Source of the DNA: Mobula hypostoma
Lineage: Eukaryota
Assembly: GCF_963921235.1 (NCBI RefSeq)
Contig: NC_086108.1
Span: forward strand, 45,448,001 to 45,512,000
Length of the DNA: 64,000 nt
Direction of reading: 5' to 3'
The translations under genes were made by a program, and so were the position numbers. The notes below the pieces were generated by a model, which ran no database searches, was not told the DNA's origin, and saw only the letters and a program-made list of their open reading frames with translations. Shown piece by piece: positions 11,688-24,416 of this stretch (position 1 is its first letter; each line of letters opens with the position of its first letter).

Positions 11688-12842
11688 AGTGTACGGTCCT
11701 GTTGGTGACGGTTCCCATGATGCTGCTAGTGTACGGTCCTGCTGGCGCTGGTTCCGGTGATGCTGCTAGTGTACGGTCCTGTTGGCGACGGTTCCCATGA
11801 TGCTGCTAGTGTACGGTCCTGTTAGTGACGGTTCCAGCTGCAACTTCAAGTGTACGGTCCTGTTGGCGATGGTTCCAGTGATGCTGCTAGTGTACGGTCC
11901 TGTTAGTGACGGTTCCAGTGATGCTGCTAGTGTACGGTCCTGTTGGTGACGGTTCCAGTGATGCTGCTAGTGTACGGTCCTGTTGGCGACGGTTCCAGTG
12001 ATGCTGCTAGTGTACGGTCCTGTTGGCGATGGTTCCCGTGATGCTGCTAGTGTACGGTCCTGTTGGCGACGATTCCCGCGATGCTGCTAGTGTACGGTCC
12101 TGTTGGCGACGATTCCTGTGATGCTGCTAGTGTACGGTCCTGTTAGTGACGGTTCCAGTGATGCTGCTAGTGTACGGTTCTGTTAGTGACAGTTCCCGTG
12201 ATGCTGCTAGTGTACGGTCCTGTTGGCGACGATTCCTGTGATGCTGCTAGTGTACGGTCCTGTTAGTGACGGTTCCAGTGATGCTGCTAGTGTACGGTTC
12301 TGTTAGTGACAGTTCCCATGATGCTGCTAGTGTACGGTCCTGTTGGTGATGGTTCCCGTGATGCTGCTAGTGTACGGTCCTGTTGGCGACGGTTCCAGTG
12401 ATGCTGCTTGTGTACGGTCCTGCTGGTGACGGTTCCCGTGATGCTGCTAGTGTACAGTCCTGTTGGCGACGGTTCCAGTGATGCTGCTTGTGTACGGTTC
12501 TGTTAGTGACAGTTCCCGTGATACTGCTAGTGTACGGTCCTGTTGGTGACGGTTCCCGTGATGCTGCTTGTGTACGGTCCTGTTGGTGACGGTTCCAGTG
12601 ATGCTGCTAGTGTACGGTCCTATTGGTGACGGTTTCAGTGATGCTGCTCGTGTACGGTCCTGCTGGCGACGGTTCCAGTGATGCTGCTAGTGTACGGTCC
12701 TGTTGGCGACGGTTCCAGTGATGCTGCTAGTGTACGGTCCTGTTAGTGACGGTTCCAGTGATGCTGCTAGTGTACGGTCCTGTTGGTGACGGTTTCAGTG
12801 ATGCTGCTCGTGTACGGTCCTGCTGGCGGCCGTTCCCATGAT
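11688..12842 (+). repeat. 40-bp minisatellite, left arm (~29 units)
   Basis: Unit TGATGCTGCTAGTGTACGGTCCTGTTGGTGACGGTTCC(A/C)G, head-to-tail with no spacers. Confidence 0.97.
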
Positions 12843-14962
12843 TTAAAGATCGCATGGATGAACTACAATTGTTCATGCCAGTTTGGCAAAAGAATAAATC
12901 AAGGAAGGTAGTGCACCCGTGGCTGACAAGGGAAATTAGGGATAGTATCAATTCCAAAGAAGAAGCATACAAATTAACCAGAAAAAGTGGCTCACCTGAG
13001 GACTGGGAGAAATTCAGAGTTCAGCAGAGGAGGACAAAGGGCTTAATTAGGAAGGGGAGAAAAGATTATGAGAGAAAACTGGCAGGGAACATAAAAACGG
13101 ACTGTAAAAGCTTTTATAGATATGTGAAAAGAAAAAGATTGGTTAAGACAAATGTAGGTCCTCTACAGACAGAAACAGGTGAATTGATTATGGGGAGCAA
13201 GGACATGGCAGACCAATTGAATAATTACTTTGGTTCTGTCTTCACTAAGGAGGACATAAATAATCTTCTGGAAATAGTAGGGGACAGAGGGTCCAGTGAG
13301 ATGGAGGAACTGAGGGAAATACATGTTAGTAGGGAAGTGGTGTTAGGTAAATTGAAGGGATTAAAGGCAGATAAATCCCCAGGGCCAGATGGTCTGCATC
13401 CCAGAGTGCTTAAGGAAGTAGCCCAAGAAATAGTGGATGCATTAGTGATAATTTTTCAAAACTCGTTAGATTCTGGACTAGTTCCTGAGGATTGGAGGGT
13501 GGCTAATGTAACCCCACTTTTTAAAAAAGGAGGGAGAGAGAAACCAGGGAATTATAGACCGGTTAGCCTAACATCGGTGGTGGGGAAACTGCTAGAGTCA
13601 GTTATCAAAGATGTGATAACAGCACATTTGGAAAGTGATGAAATCATCGGACAAAGTCAGCTTGGATTTGTGAAAGGAAAATCATGTCTGACGAATCTCA
13701 TAGAATTTTTTGAGGATGTAACTAGTAGAGTGGATAGGGGAGAACCAGTGGATGTGGTATATTTGGATTTTCAAAAGGCTTTTGACAAGGTCCCACACAG
13801 GAGATTAGTGTGCAAACTTAAAGCACAGGGTATTGGGGGTTAGGTATTGATGTGGATAGAGAATTGGTTGGCAGACAGGAAGCAAAGAGTGGTAATAAAC
13901 GGGACCTTTTCAGAATGGCAGGCAGTGACTAGTGGGGTACCGCAAGGCTCAGTGCTGGGACCCCAGTTGTTTACAATATATATTAATGACTTGGATGAGG
14001 GAATTAAATGCAGCATCTCCAAGTTTGCGGATAACACGAAGCTGGGCGGCAGTGTTAGCTGTGAGGAGGATGCTAAGAGGATGCAGGGTGACTTGGATAG
14101 TTTAGGTGAGTGGGCAAATTCATGGCAGATGCAATTTAATGTGGATAAATGTGAAGTTATCCACTTTGGTGGCAAAAACAGGAAAACAGATTATTATCTG
14201 AATGGTGGCCGATTAGGAAAAGGGGAGGTGCAACGAGACCTGAGTGTCATTATACACCAGTCATTGAAAGTGGGCATGCAGGTACAGCAGGCGGTGAAAA
14301 AGGCGAATGGTATGCTGGCATTTATAGCAAGAGGATTCGAGTACAGGAGCAGGGAGGTACTACTGCAGTTGTACAAGGCCTTGGTGAGACCACACCTGGA
14401 GTATTGTGTGCAGCTTTGGTCCCCTAATCTGAGGAAAGACATCCTTGCCATAGAGGGAGTACAAAGAAGGTTCACCAGATTGATTCCTGGGATGGCAGAT
14501 CTTTCATATGATGAAAGACTGGATGAACTAGGCTTATACTCGTTGGAATTTAGAAGATTGAGGGGGGATCTGATTGAAACGTATAAAATCCTAAAGGGAT
14601 TGGACAGGCTAGATGCAGGAAGATTGTTCCCGATGTTGGGGAAGTCCAGAACGAGGGGTCACAGTTTGAGGATAGAGGGGATGCCTTTTAGAACCAAGAT
14701 TAGGAAAAACTTCTTCACACAGAGAGTGGTGAATCTGTGGAATTCTCTGCCACAGGAAACAGTTGTGGCCAGTTCATTGGCTATATTTAAGAGGGAGTTA
14801 GATATGGCCCTTGTGGCTAAAGGGATCAGGGGGTATGGAGGAAAGGCTGGTACAGGGTCCTGAGTTGGATGATCAGCTATGATCATACTGAATGGCGGTG
14901 CAGGTTCGAAGGGCCGAATGGCCTACTCCTGTACCTATTTTCTATGTTTCTATGTTTCTATG
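12841..14962 (+). mobile_element. Young 5'-truncated CR1 LINE (ORF2 RT), inserted in the minisatellite
   Basis: ORFs 12854-13843 and 13847-14863 separated by one TAG: KSPGPDG, NYRPVSLTS, YLDFQKAFDKV, GVPQGSVLGP, KFADNTK; (tttctatg)n tail. Confidence 0.97.
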
Positions 14963-15734
14963 ATGCTGCTAGTGTACGAATCTGTTGGCGACGGTTCCAG
15001 TGATGCTGCTAGTGTACGGTCCTGTTAGCGGCGGTTCCAGTGATGCTGCTAGTGTACGGTCCTGTTAGCGGCGGTTCCAGTGATGCTGCTAGTGTACGGT
15101 CCTGTTGGTGACGGTTCCAGTGATGCTGCTCGTGTACGGTCCTGTTAGCGACTGTCCCAGTGATGCTGCTCGTGTACGATCCTGTTAGCGGCGGTTCCCG
15201 TGATGCTGCTAGTGTACAGTTTTGTTAGTGACGGTTCCCGTGATGCTGCTAGTGTACGGTCCTGTTGGTGACGGTTCCCGTGATGCTGCTAGTGTACGGT
15301 CCTGTTGGTGACGGTTCCAGTGATGCTGCTAGTGTACGGTCCTGTTGGTGACGGTTCCCGTGATGCTGCTAGTGTACGGTCCTGTTGGTGACGGTTCCCG
15401 TGATGCTGCTAGTGTACGGTCCTGTTGGTGACGGTTCCCGTGATGCTGCTAGTGTACGGTCCTGTTGGTGACGGTTCCCGTGATGCTGCTAGTGTACAGT
15501 TTTGTTGGCGACGGTTCCTGTGATGCTGCTATTGTACGGTCCTGTTGGTGACGGTTCCCGTGATGCTGCTAGTGTACGGTTTTGTTAGCGACGGTTCCAG
15601 TGATGCTGCTAGTGTACGGTTTTGTTAGCGACGGTTCCAGTGATGCTGCTAGTGTACGGTTTTGTTAGCAATGGTTCCGGTGATGCTGCTAGTGTACGAT
15701 CCTGTTGGCGGCGGTTCCCGTGATGCTGCTAGTG
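14962..15734 (+). repeat. 40-bp minisatellite, right arm (~19 units)
   Basis: Same unit as the left arm, resuming in register after the CR1 tail. Confidence 0.97.
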
Positions 15735-16039
15735 ACGTTATTGCTGGCGCTCCACCCTGGCACACACTTACTTCTGAAGCTGCGCCCGAGGAATTGCAGC
15801 CATATTCAAACAGTCGCCGGAGACAGTAACTCCAAGGAATTACAGCCAGTGATGGGTAGTCTTCCTAGACAGCAAAACATCTCAGCTCGGAGGAACTGCA
15901 GGATCGACATGGCATGGACTCTAGAAGCCCCTTAGCCACTCAAGTGAGGACACCAGAGGATGGGAAAATCACATTGACAGCTATGTCACAGCTTGCTCCA
16001 ATAAAGACCAAGGCAGTGAAGGTTTTAGATAAACATTTG

Positions 16040-16850
16040 AAAGATGCATGACATGTCAGAAAACAGTTCCTGGAGCAGCAGAAAAGCTACCACAGTTAAG
16101 TGCTCCTGCCCCACCTAGTCCATTTTTACATACACAAGTGGACTGCACTTCTTAACCAAAATGTCAAGGATACTCAGATATACTGGTAATAGTGGACAAG
16201 TTTTCAAGATGGGTGAAAACTAGTCCAGCAAGGACAGCCACCTGCCACAGACACAGCAAACAAGGACTGTATTCCTAGCTGGGGATTGTCATGTCACATC
16301 AACTCTGACCATGGAACACATTTCACTGGGAGTGTTTGTCAGGATTATGTTGACTGATGAACATTGAATGGCCTTTTCATAGTCCACATCATCCAGAGTC
16401 ATCAGGACAAGTCAAAAGAATGAATGGAATCATCAAACAACAACTGACCAAGTATCATGAGGAAGCTTTGCCGTACCGGTTCCTATGATCTTGTGTATCA
16501 TCAGAGCAACCCCAAACAAGAAAACTAAACTAAGTCCATTCCAGGTGGTAAAAGGATGCCCTGTGCGTCTGTTGGAAGCCCTCGATCTCAGAGAGGCTGA
16601 TATGCACATTATGGCAGACAGTTTGGTTAACTCAAGCTGTACAGTCTGCTACTCATCGTTTCAGCTACTTGGAGTAACCCAACAGGAAGACACACCCTGA
16701 TGCCTGATGAGTGGCTCCTGATTAAGAAACCACATAAGGATCCACTGGGAGCTGGGTGGTTAAATCCTTATCAACTGCTATTAATTACTAATTTGGTGGT
16801 GAGAGTAGAAGGTAAAAGCAAGTGGATACATGCTAGCCTCTGCAAATGAG
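16040..16850 (+). pseudogene. pol: Retroviral integrase remnant
   Basis: CMTCQK; PSPFLHTQVD; ILVIVDKFSRWV; INSDHGTHFTG; HHPESSGQVKRMNGIIKQQLTK; RATPNKKTKLSPFQ; PYQLLLITN..VRVEGKSKWIHASLCK (GPY/F-type C-terminus). Confidence 0.9.
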
Positions 16851-16995
16851 CTAAAGTGGTGCCCAACAAGGACATCAAATGTTGTGGTTAATGTGCTGGT
16901 AACTTCTTGCCCACAGTACCTACACTGCTAGGTTACAGTGAGCAGGTCACCAACCAGCCAGAAGACTTCGAGCAAGTTGACAATGACTGGACATT

Positions 16996-19810
16996 ATGAA
17001 GTTTATTCCCATATTATTTGTTGTTGTTATCGTTTTGCCACTTCTCCCTACTCGCAATGTGCCAATTGAAATGACTCAATATATACTTGCAAGTATCACA
17101 TGAATTTGCTGATGCTGTTAACAACTCTAGCTTTGGGTATGTCAATATATACTGCACACTTCAATATATTCACCAAAGCTTGGCATTTCTTCAGATTAAG
17201 AACAAACATGCACTCTCTTAATTAAACATTCCAGCAAGGGCGATGTTAACATTATTCCTATGATTCATTATTCTCAAGGGATGCATTAGTATACAATGAT
17301 CATAACCCCCCCGACACACCATCTTGAACTAGATCATTTATGTAAATATAATCAGCATAATTTAGAGAATCACAGTATATTTGACCCTATTTATGTTTTA
17401 TCTTGAGATATCTCTATATCTGCACCTATTGTTCATGACAATGCCAGTAAATTTTTTCATGCGTTCACTATAAAAGATACCTTTTGCGTGAGTTCAGAAG
17501 GTACCATTCCAGTTGGACATACTTCATGGAATTACAAACTACATTATCCTAAATTGGGTAATTTTCATTGACGATCAGTAAAATATTACAATTCAACAAA
17601 GGTCCGGTCAAATAATAAGAAATGGAACAACATGTATTTCATGTGGGGAATTGAGCCTAAACTTTGTCCACGTAATTCTTTCGAATCTTGATATTTATCC
17701 TCTGACTTTCCTGCCACAAGACATACACATACCTTATAGAAACTATAGAAAACCATAGAAACTACAGCACAGAAACAGGCCTTTTGACCCTTCTTGGCTG
17801 TGCCGAACCATTTTCTGCCTAGTCCCACTGACCTGCACACGGACCATATCCCTCCATACACCTCCCATCTATGTATCTGTCCAATTTATTCTTAAATGTT
17901 AAAAAAGAACCCGCATTTACCACCTCGTCTGGCAGCTCATTCCATACTCCCACCACTCTCTGTGTGAAGAAGCCCCCCTAATGTTCCCTTTAAACTTTTC
18001 CCCCCTCACCCTTAACCCATGTCCTCTGGTTTTTATCTCCCCTTGCCTCAGTGGAAAAAGCCTGCTTGCATTCACTCTATCAATACCCATCATAATTTTA
18101 TATACCTCTATCAAATCTCCCCTCATTCTTCTATGCTCCAGGGAATAAAGTCCCAACCTATTCAACCTTTCTCTGTAACTGAGTTTCTCAAGTCCCGGCA
18201 ACATCCTTGTAAACCTTCTCTGCACTCTTTCAACCTTATTTATATCCTTCCTGTAATTTGGTGACCAAAACTGAACATAATACTCCAGATTCGACCTCCC
18301 CAATGCCTTATACAACCTCATCATAACATTCCAGCTCTTATACTCAATACTTTGATTAATAAAGGCCAATGTACCAAAAGCTCTCTTTATGACCCTATCT
18401 ACCTGTGACACCACTTTTAGGGAATTTTGTATCTGTATTCCCAGATCCCTCTGTTCCACTGCACTCCTCAGTGCCTTATCATTAACCCTGTATGTTCTAC
18501 GTTGGTTTGTCCTTCCAACGTGTAATACCTCACACTTGTCAGTATTAAACTCCATCTGCCATTTTTTAGCCCATTTTTCCAGCTGGTCCAAGCCCCTCTG
18601 CAGGCTCTGAAAACCTTCATCACTGTCTACTACACCTCCAATCTTTGTATCATCAGCAAACTTGCTGATCCAATTTACCACATTATCATCCAGATCATTG
18701 ATATAGATGACAAATAACAATGGACTCAGCACTGATCCCTGTGGCACATCACTAGTCACAGGCCTCCACTCAGAGAAGCAATTCTCTACCACCATTTTCT
18801 GGCTTCTTCCATCGAGCCAATGTCTAATCCAATTTACCACCTCTCCATGTATACCTAGCAACTGAATTTTCCTAACTAACCTCCCATGCGGGACCTTGTC
18901 AAAGGCCTTACTGAAGTCCATGTAGACAATATCCACTGCCTTCCCTTCATCCACTTTCCTGGTAACCTCCTCGAAAAACTCCAATAGATTGGTCAAACAT
19001 GACCTACCACGCACAAAGCCACGTTGACTCTCCCTAATAAGTCCCAGTCTATCCAAATGCTTGTAGATTCTGTCTCTTAGTACTCCCTCCAATAACTTAC
19101 CTACTACAGACGTTAAACTTACTGGCCTATAATTTCCCGGATTACTTTTTGATCCTTTTTTAAACAATGGAACAACATGAGCCACTCTCCAATCCTCCGG
19201 CACCTCACCTGTAGACAGCGACATTTTAAATATTTCAGCCAGGGCTCCTGCAATTTCAACATTAGTCTCCTTACCTCCTGACTCCAGAAGTAAACAAGAC
19301 CTTTCAGGAGGAGATTGTTTTGCATCAATTTTATTCTCATTTTATGGTGTTACAAGAAGTATAAAAGTGATTAAAATGTTGCTGCAGCCTTGTAAAAAGT
19401 AAACAATGACATTGCTGATGCCTTGGGAAAAGTATCAATGGAAATGGTTACCAAGCATAAAAGGGTTCTTCAAAATTGTACATATTTGGTCTTCTCCTAG
19501 CAGTTAAGGGGGGAACATGTACAGTTATTGGCAAGGAGTGTTGTTCTTACATACCTGATGAGTCTGAAGACATAACTAATTTGGGTGATCATATTTGTAA
19601 AGGAGCAGCTAAAATATGTCAATCTGATGGATAGAATTTCTTTAATTGGATTCACTTAAATCTCAGAAGCTACGGTTACTCAATATTATGAGTCATATTA
19701 TTCATACTTACACGGCTTATGATAATTTACATCTTTTTCACTTGCTTAAAGGCAATCGTTAATAGAATAGTTCGAATTTGCATGTGTCCCTACTAATCTG
19801 CTGAATCATA
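16996..19810 (+). pseudogene. env: Gamma-type envelope remnant (SU and TM), split by a CR1
   Basis: Signal-like MKFIPILFVVVIVLP; frameshifted (C)WVC-like motif near 17135; furin-like RSK(Q/R)D at ~19285-19300; ISD-like VLQN..; CX6CC (CTVIGKECC, 19518-19544); hydrophobic anchor near 19690-19745. Confidence 0.85.
17737..19268 (-). mobile_element. 5'-truncated CR1 LINE (second subfamily) inserted in env
   Basis: ORF 17917-19224 with NYRPVSLTS, MDFSKAFDKV, KFADDTKIGG; CCTTA repeated at 17732-17736 and 19269-19273. Confidence 0.95.
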
Positions 19811-20077
19811 ATATAATCATGAATATTTTAAAGAATTCATATACATACCCTTTGATATTAATAGTTTTTCGATTATTTTACTCATAACGTAGATATCACA
19901 ATTTTATTTGCCTTGGAATTTCCAGATTTAATTAGTCTAAACATGTGATTTAGAATTGGTGTGTGTGGGGGGGGTGTTGATTATTGGATCCAACTGTTTA
20001 ATTCTTATATTAGACTGTTTAATTGTTATTTTCTTTGCAGTTTAACAATTACCTGCTTGTATTTTGAGTAATATACA

Positions 20078-20204
20078 AGTCACAAACAAGAGAAAATCTG
20101 CAGATGCTGGAAATCCAAGTAATACAGGAGGAACTTAGCTGGCCGGGAAGCATCTATGGAAAAGCGCACAGTCGATATTTGGGCTAAGACCCTTCGGCAG
20201 GATC
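20078..20204 (-). mobile_element. Short PLE pLTR fragment with degenerate hammerhead
   Basis: aaatctgcagatgctggaaatc...cagtcgatattttgggctaagacccttcggcagg. Confidence 0.7.
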
Positions 20205-22335
20205 TAACTGCTTATTATGTCCCTAGTGGCTGTACAAACTATATTTCCAGAAAGCTCTGGAAACTTCTTTGTTCTGCATTATTTGGATAGTGCTTTTTCA
20301 TTGGTTAACTTGGTACTACAGTATTTGAATAAGTGCTTTCTCATTGGTTGAATCTTATCTACAAATTTGAAAGGAATCTTTCTTATTTACAGGTATAAAA
20401 TTGCTAAACACAAAGCAGTGCCACTTTAATATTCTTAGCATCTTAGTCCCTTGACTTTAAGCTTTCTGCTTCTAGCTTAGACCATAAGACCATAAGATAT
20501 AGGAGCAGAAGTAGGCTATTTGGCCCATTGAGTCTGCTCTACCATTCAATCATGGGCTGATTCAATTCTTCCAGTCATCCCTACTCCCCTGCCTTCTCCC
20601 CATGCCCTTTGATGCCCTGGCTAATCAAGAACTTATCTATCTCTGCCTTAAATAATCCTGATGACTTGGCCCCAACAGCCACTCGTGGCAACAAATTCCA
20701 TAGATTTACCACCCTCTGACTAAAGTAATTTCTCCGCATCTCTGTTCTAAATGGACGTCCTTCAATCCTGAAGTCAGGCCCTCTTGTCCTAGACTCCCCT
20801 ACCATGGGAAATAACTTTGCCATATCTAATCTGTTCAGGCCTTTTAACATTCGGAATGTTTCTATGAGATCCCCCTTCATTCTCCTGAACTCCAGGGAAT
20901 ACAGCCCAACAGCTGCCAAGCGTTCCTCATACGGTAAACCTTTCATTCCTGGAATCATTCTTGTGAATCTTCTCTGAACCCTCTCCAATGTCAGGTTATA
21001 CTTTCTAAAATAAGGAGCCCAAAACTGCACACAGTACTCCAAGTGTGGTCTCATGAGTGCCTTATAGAACCTCAACATCACATCCCTGCTCTTATATTCT
21101 ATACCTCCAGAAATGAATGCCAACATTGCATTCACCTTCTTCACCACCAACTCAACCTGCAGGTTAACCTTTAGGGTATCCTGCACAAGGACTCCCAAGC
21201 CCCTTTGTATCTCTGCATTTTGAATTCTCTCCCCATCTAAATAATAGTCTGCCCATTTATTTCTTCCACCAAAGAGCATGACTATACAATTTCCAACATT
21301 GTATTTCATTTGCCACTTCTTTGCCCATTCCACTTTGCCCATATCTAAGTCTCTCTGCACGGTCTCTGTTTCCTCAACACTACCTGGTCCTCCACCTATC
21401 TTTCTATCATTGTAGCCACAAATCCATTAATCCCATAGTCCAAATCACTGATATACATCATAAAAAGCAGCGGTCCCAGCTCTGACCCCTGTGGAACTTC
21501 ACTGGTAGCCGGCAGCCAGCCAGAATAGGATCCCTTTATTCCCACTCTCTGTTTTCTGCTGATTAGCCAATGCTCCACTCATGCTAGTAACTTCACTGAA
21601 ATTCCATGGGCTCTTATCTCGCTAAGCAGCCTCCTGTGTGGCACCTTGTCAAAGGCCTTCTGAAAATCTATCTACTGCATCTCCTTTGTCTACCCTGCTT
21701 GTAATTTCCTCAAAAAATTGCAGTGGGTTTGTCAGGCAGGTTTTTCCTGTCAGGAAACCATGCTGGCTTTGGCCTACCTCGTCATGTGTCTCCAGTATGC
21801 CGTAATCTCATCTCTAACAATCGATTCCAACAACTTCCCAATCACTGATGTCAGGCTAACAGGTCTATAGTTTCCTCTCTGCTGCCTTCCAACCTTCTTA
21901 AATAGCAGAGTAACATTTGCAATTTTCCAGTCATCCGGTACAATGACAGAATCTATCGATTCTTGAAAAATCCTTGTTAATGCCTCCACAATCTCTCCAG
22001 AACCCAAGGGTGCATTCCATCAGGTCCAGGAGATTTATCCACCTTGAGACCATTAAGCTTCCTGAGCACCTTCTCAGACCTAATTTTCACTGCCCTAACT
22101 TCTCTTCCCTGACACCCTTGAATGTCCGCTATACTGCAGATGTCTTCGACTGTGAAGGCTGATGCAAAATATGCATTCACTTCCTCTGCCATCTCTGCAA
22201 CTCTCATTACAATATCTCCAGTGTTATTTTCTATTGGTTCTGTATCTACCCTCCACTCTCTTTTACCCATTATATACTTAAAGAAGCTTTTAGTATCTTC
22301 TTTGATATTAGTCACCAGGTTCCTTTCATAATTCA

Positions 22336-24416
22336 CAAAATATTATGCGGATGTTGGGGTCAAAGCAACATTCACAACATGCTGGAGGAACTCAGCAGGT
22401 CGGGCAGCATCCGTGGAAACGATGAGTTGACGTTTCGGGCCGGAACCCTTCGTCAGGACTGAAGAGGGAAGGGGCAGAGGCCCTATAAAGAAGGTGGGGG
22501 GAAGGTGAGAAAGAGAAGGCTGGTAGGTTCCAGGTGAAAAACCAGTAAGGGGAAAGATAAAGGGGTGGGGGAGGAGAGGCAGGGAGGTGATAGGCAGGAA
22601 AGGTGAAGAAGGATTAGGAGAAAACACAATGGGTAGTAGAAGGAGGTGGAACCATGAGGGAGGTGATAGGCAGCTGGGAGAATGGGCAGAGTGACATAGG
22701 GATAGAGGAAGGGAGGGGGAGGGAATTACTGGAAGTTGGAGAATTCTATGTTCATACCAAGGGTTTGGAGACTACCTAGACGGTATATGAGGTGTTGCTC
22801 CTCCAACCTGAGTTTAACCTCATCATGGCAGTAGAGGAGGCCATGTATGGACATATCTGAATGGGAGTGGGAAGCAGAGTTGAAGTGGGTGGCTACTGGG
22901 AGATCCCGTCTGTTGTGGCGGACGGAGTGGAGGTGCTCGACGAAGCGGTCCCCCAATCTGCGTCGGGTTTCACCGATGTAGAGGAGGCCACACCAGGAGC
23001 ATCGGATGCAATAGATGACCCCAACAGACTCACAAGTGAAGTGTTGCCTCACTTGGAAGGACTGTTTGGGTCCCTGAATGGCGGCAAGAGAGGAGGTGTA
23101 GGGACAGGTGTAGCAATTGCGCTTACAGGGATAAATGCCGGGTGGGAGATCCGTGGGGAGGGATGTGTGGATCAGGGAGTCATGGGGGGACCGATCCCTG
23201 CGGAAAGCGGAGAGGGGTGGAGAGGGAAAGATGTGCTTAGTGGCGGGGTCCTGTTGAAGGTGGCGGAAGTTGCGGAGAATAATGTGCTGGATCCAGAGGC
23301 TGGTGGGGTGGTAGGTGAGGACAAGGGGAACTCTGTCACTGTTGTGGTGGCAGGAGGATGGGGTGAGGGCTGAAGTGCAGGAAATAGAGGAGATGCGGGT
23401 GAGGGCATCATTGATGACAGCAGAAGGGAAACCACGATCCTTAAAGAAAGAGGACATTTGAGATGTCCTGGAACGGAAAACCTCATCCTTGGAGCAGATG
23501 CAGTGGAGACGGAGGAACTAGGAATAGGGAATGGCATTTTTGCATGTGGCGGGGTGGGAAGAGGTATAGTTGAGGTAGTTATGAGAGTCAGTGGGCTTGT
23601 AGAAGATGTCAGTGGACAGTCTGTCTCCAGAAATGGAGACCGAGAGATCGAGAAAGGGGAGAGAAGTGTCCGAGATAGACCAAGTGAATATGAGGGCTGG
23701 GTGGAAGTTAGAAGTAAAGTCGATGAAATTGACGAGCTCTGCATGGGTGCAGGAAGCAGCACCAATGTAGTCGTCAATGTACCGAAGAAAAAGTTGGGGA
23801 ACAGTACCAGAATAGGTTTGGAGCACAGACTGTTCCACATAACCAATGACGATGCAGGCATAGCTAGTGCCCATGCGAGTTCCCATAGCTACACCCTGAG
23901 TCTGAAGAAAATGGGAAGAGCCAAAAGAGAAGTTATTGAGTGTGAGAACCAGTTCCGCCAACTGGAGGAGGGAAGTGGTGGTGGGGAACTGGTGAGGCCT
24001 ATTATCCAGAAAGTAGCGGAGGGCTTTGAGGCCTTCTTGATGGGGAATAGAGGTGTATTCTCCAACTTCTGGTAATCCCCTCCCCCTCCCTTCCTCTATC
24101 CCTATGTCACTCTGCCCCCTCCCCCAGCTGCCTATCACCTCCCTCATGGTTCCGTCTCCTTCTACTACCCATTGTGTTTTCCCCTATTCCTTCTTCACCT
24201 TTCCTGTCTATCACCTCCCTGCTTCCCCTCCCCCACCCCTTTATCTTTCCCCTTACTGGTTTTTCACCTGGAACCTACCAGCCTTCTCCTTCCCACCCTC
24301 ACGCCAACTTCTTTATAGGGCCTCTGCCCCTTCCCTCTACAGTTCTGATGAAACGTCAGCTCATTGTTTCCATGGATGCTGCCCGACCTGCTGAGTTCCT
24401 CCAGCGTCTTGTGAGT
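22336..24416 (-). mobile_element. Penelope-like element (Neptune-type), 5'-truncated RT plus GIY-YIG, with inverted pLTR copy
   Basis: GVAMGTRMG..., FLRYIDDYIG, PFLDL, CKRNCYTC, VIYCIRCSWCGLLYIGET; one in-frame stop at ~23518. 24058-24416 is an inverted copy of the ~22370-22745 end. 17-bp duplication GTTCCTTTCATAATTCA at 22319-22335 and 24417-24433. Confidence 0.95.
22425..22460 (-). ncRNA. Minimal type-I hammerhead ribozyme motif
   Basis: AGTC CTGACGA A GGG-TTCCGG-CCC GAAA CGTC AACT; intact catalytic boxes and palindromic ACGT stem III, one mismatch in stem I. Confidence 0.82.

Larger units (their letters stand above)
11271..15830 (+). pseudogene. Putative gag N-terminal remnant of the ERV, interrupted by the minisatellite and a CR1
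   Basis: Position between leader and IN; stop-riddled frame from ATG 11271 with RGQFD; Pro-containing segment AGAPP...ELQPY after the array. No capsid motif recognised. Confidence 0.35.

Noticed and set aside
12854..14863. Functional RT gene
   Set aside because: 5'-truncated with no endonuclease, in-frame TAG at 13841-13843, and FADN at the active site.
11688..15734. CRISPR-like array next to a reverse transcriptase
   Set aside because: Units are contiguous 40-mers with point variants and no unique spacers; no cas genes; the RT is a CR1 LINE insertion in eukaryotic DNA.
11688..15734. Repeat-protein coding sequence
   Set aside because: 40 is not a multiple of 3, so reading cycles through frames and hits TGA/TAG within about three units on either strand.
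16996..19810. Domesticated (syncytin-like) env gene
   Set aside because: Multiple frameshifts and stops, plus a CR1 insertion just before the cleavage site.
22861..24075. Long plus-strand ORFs (170 and 205 aa)
   Set aside because: Antisense shadows of the Penelope RT/EN frame.
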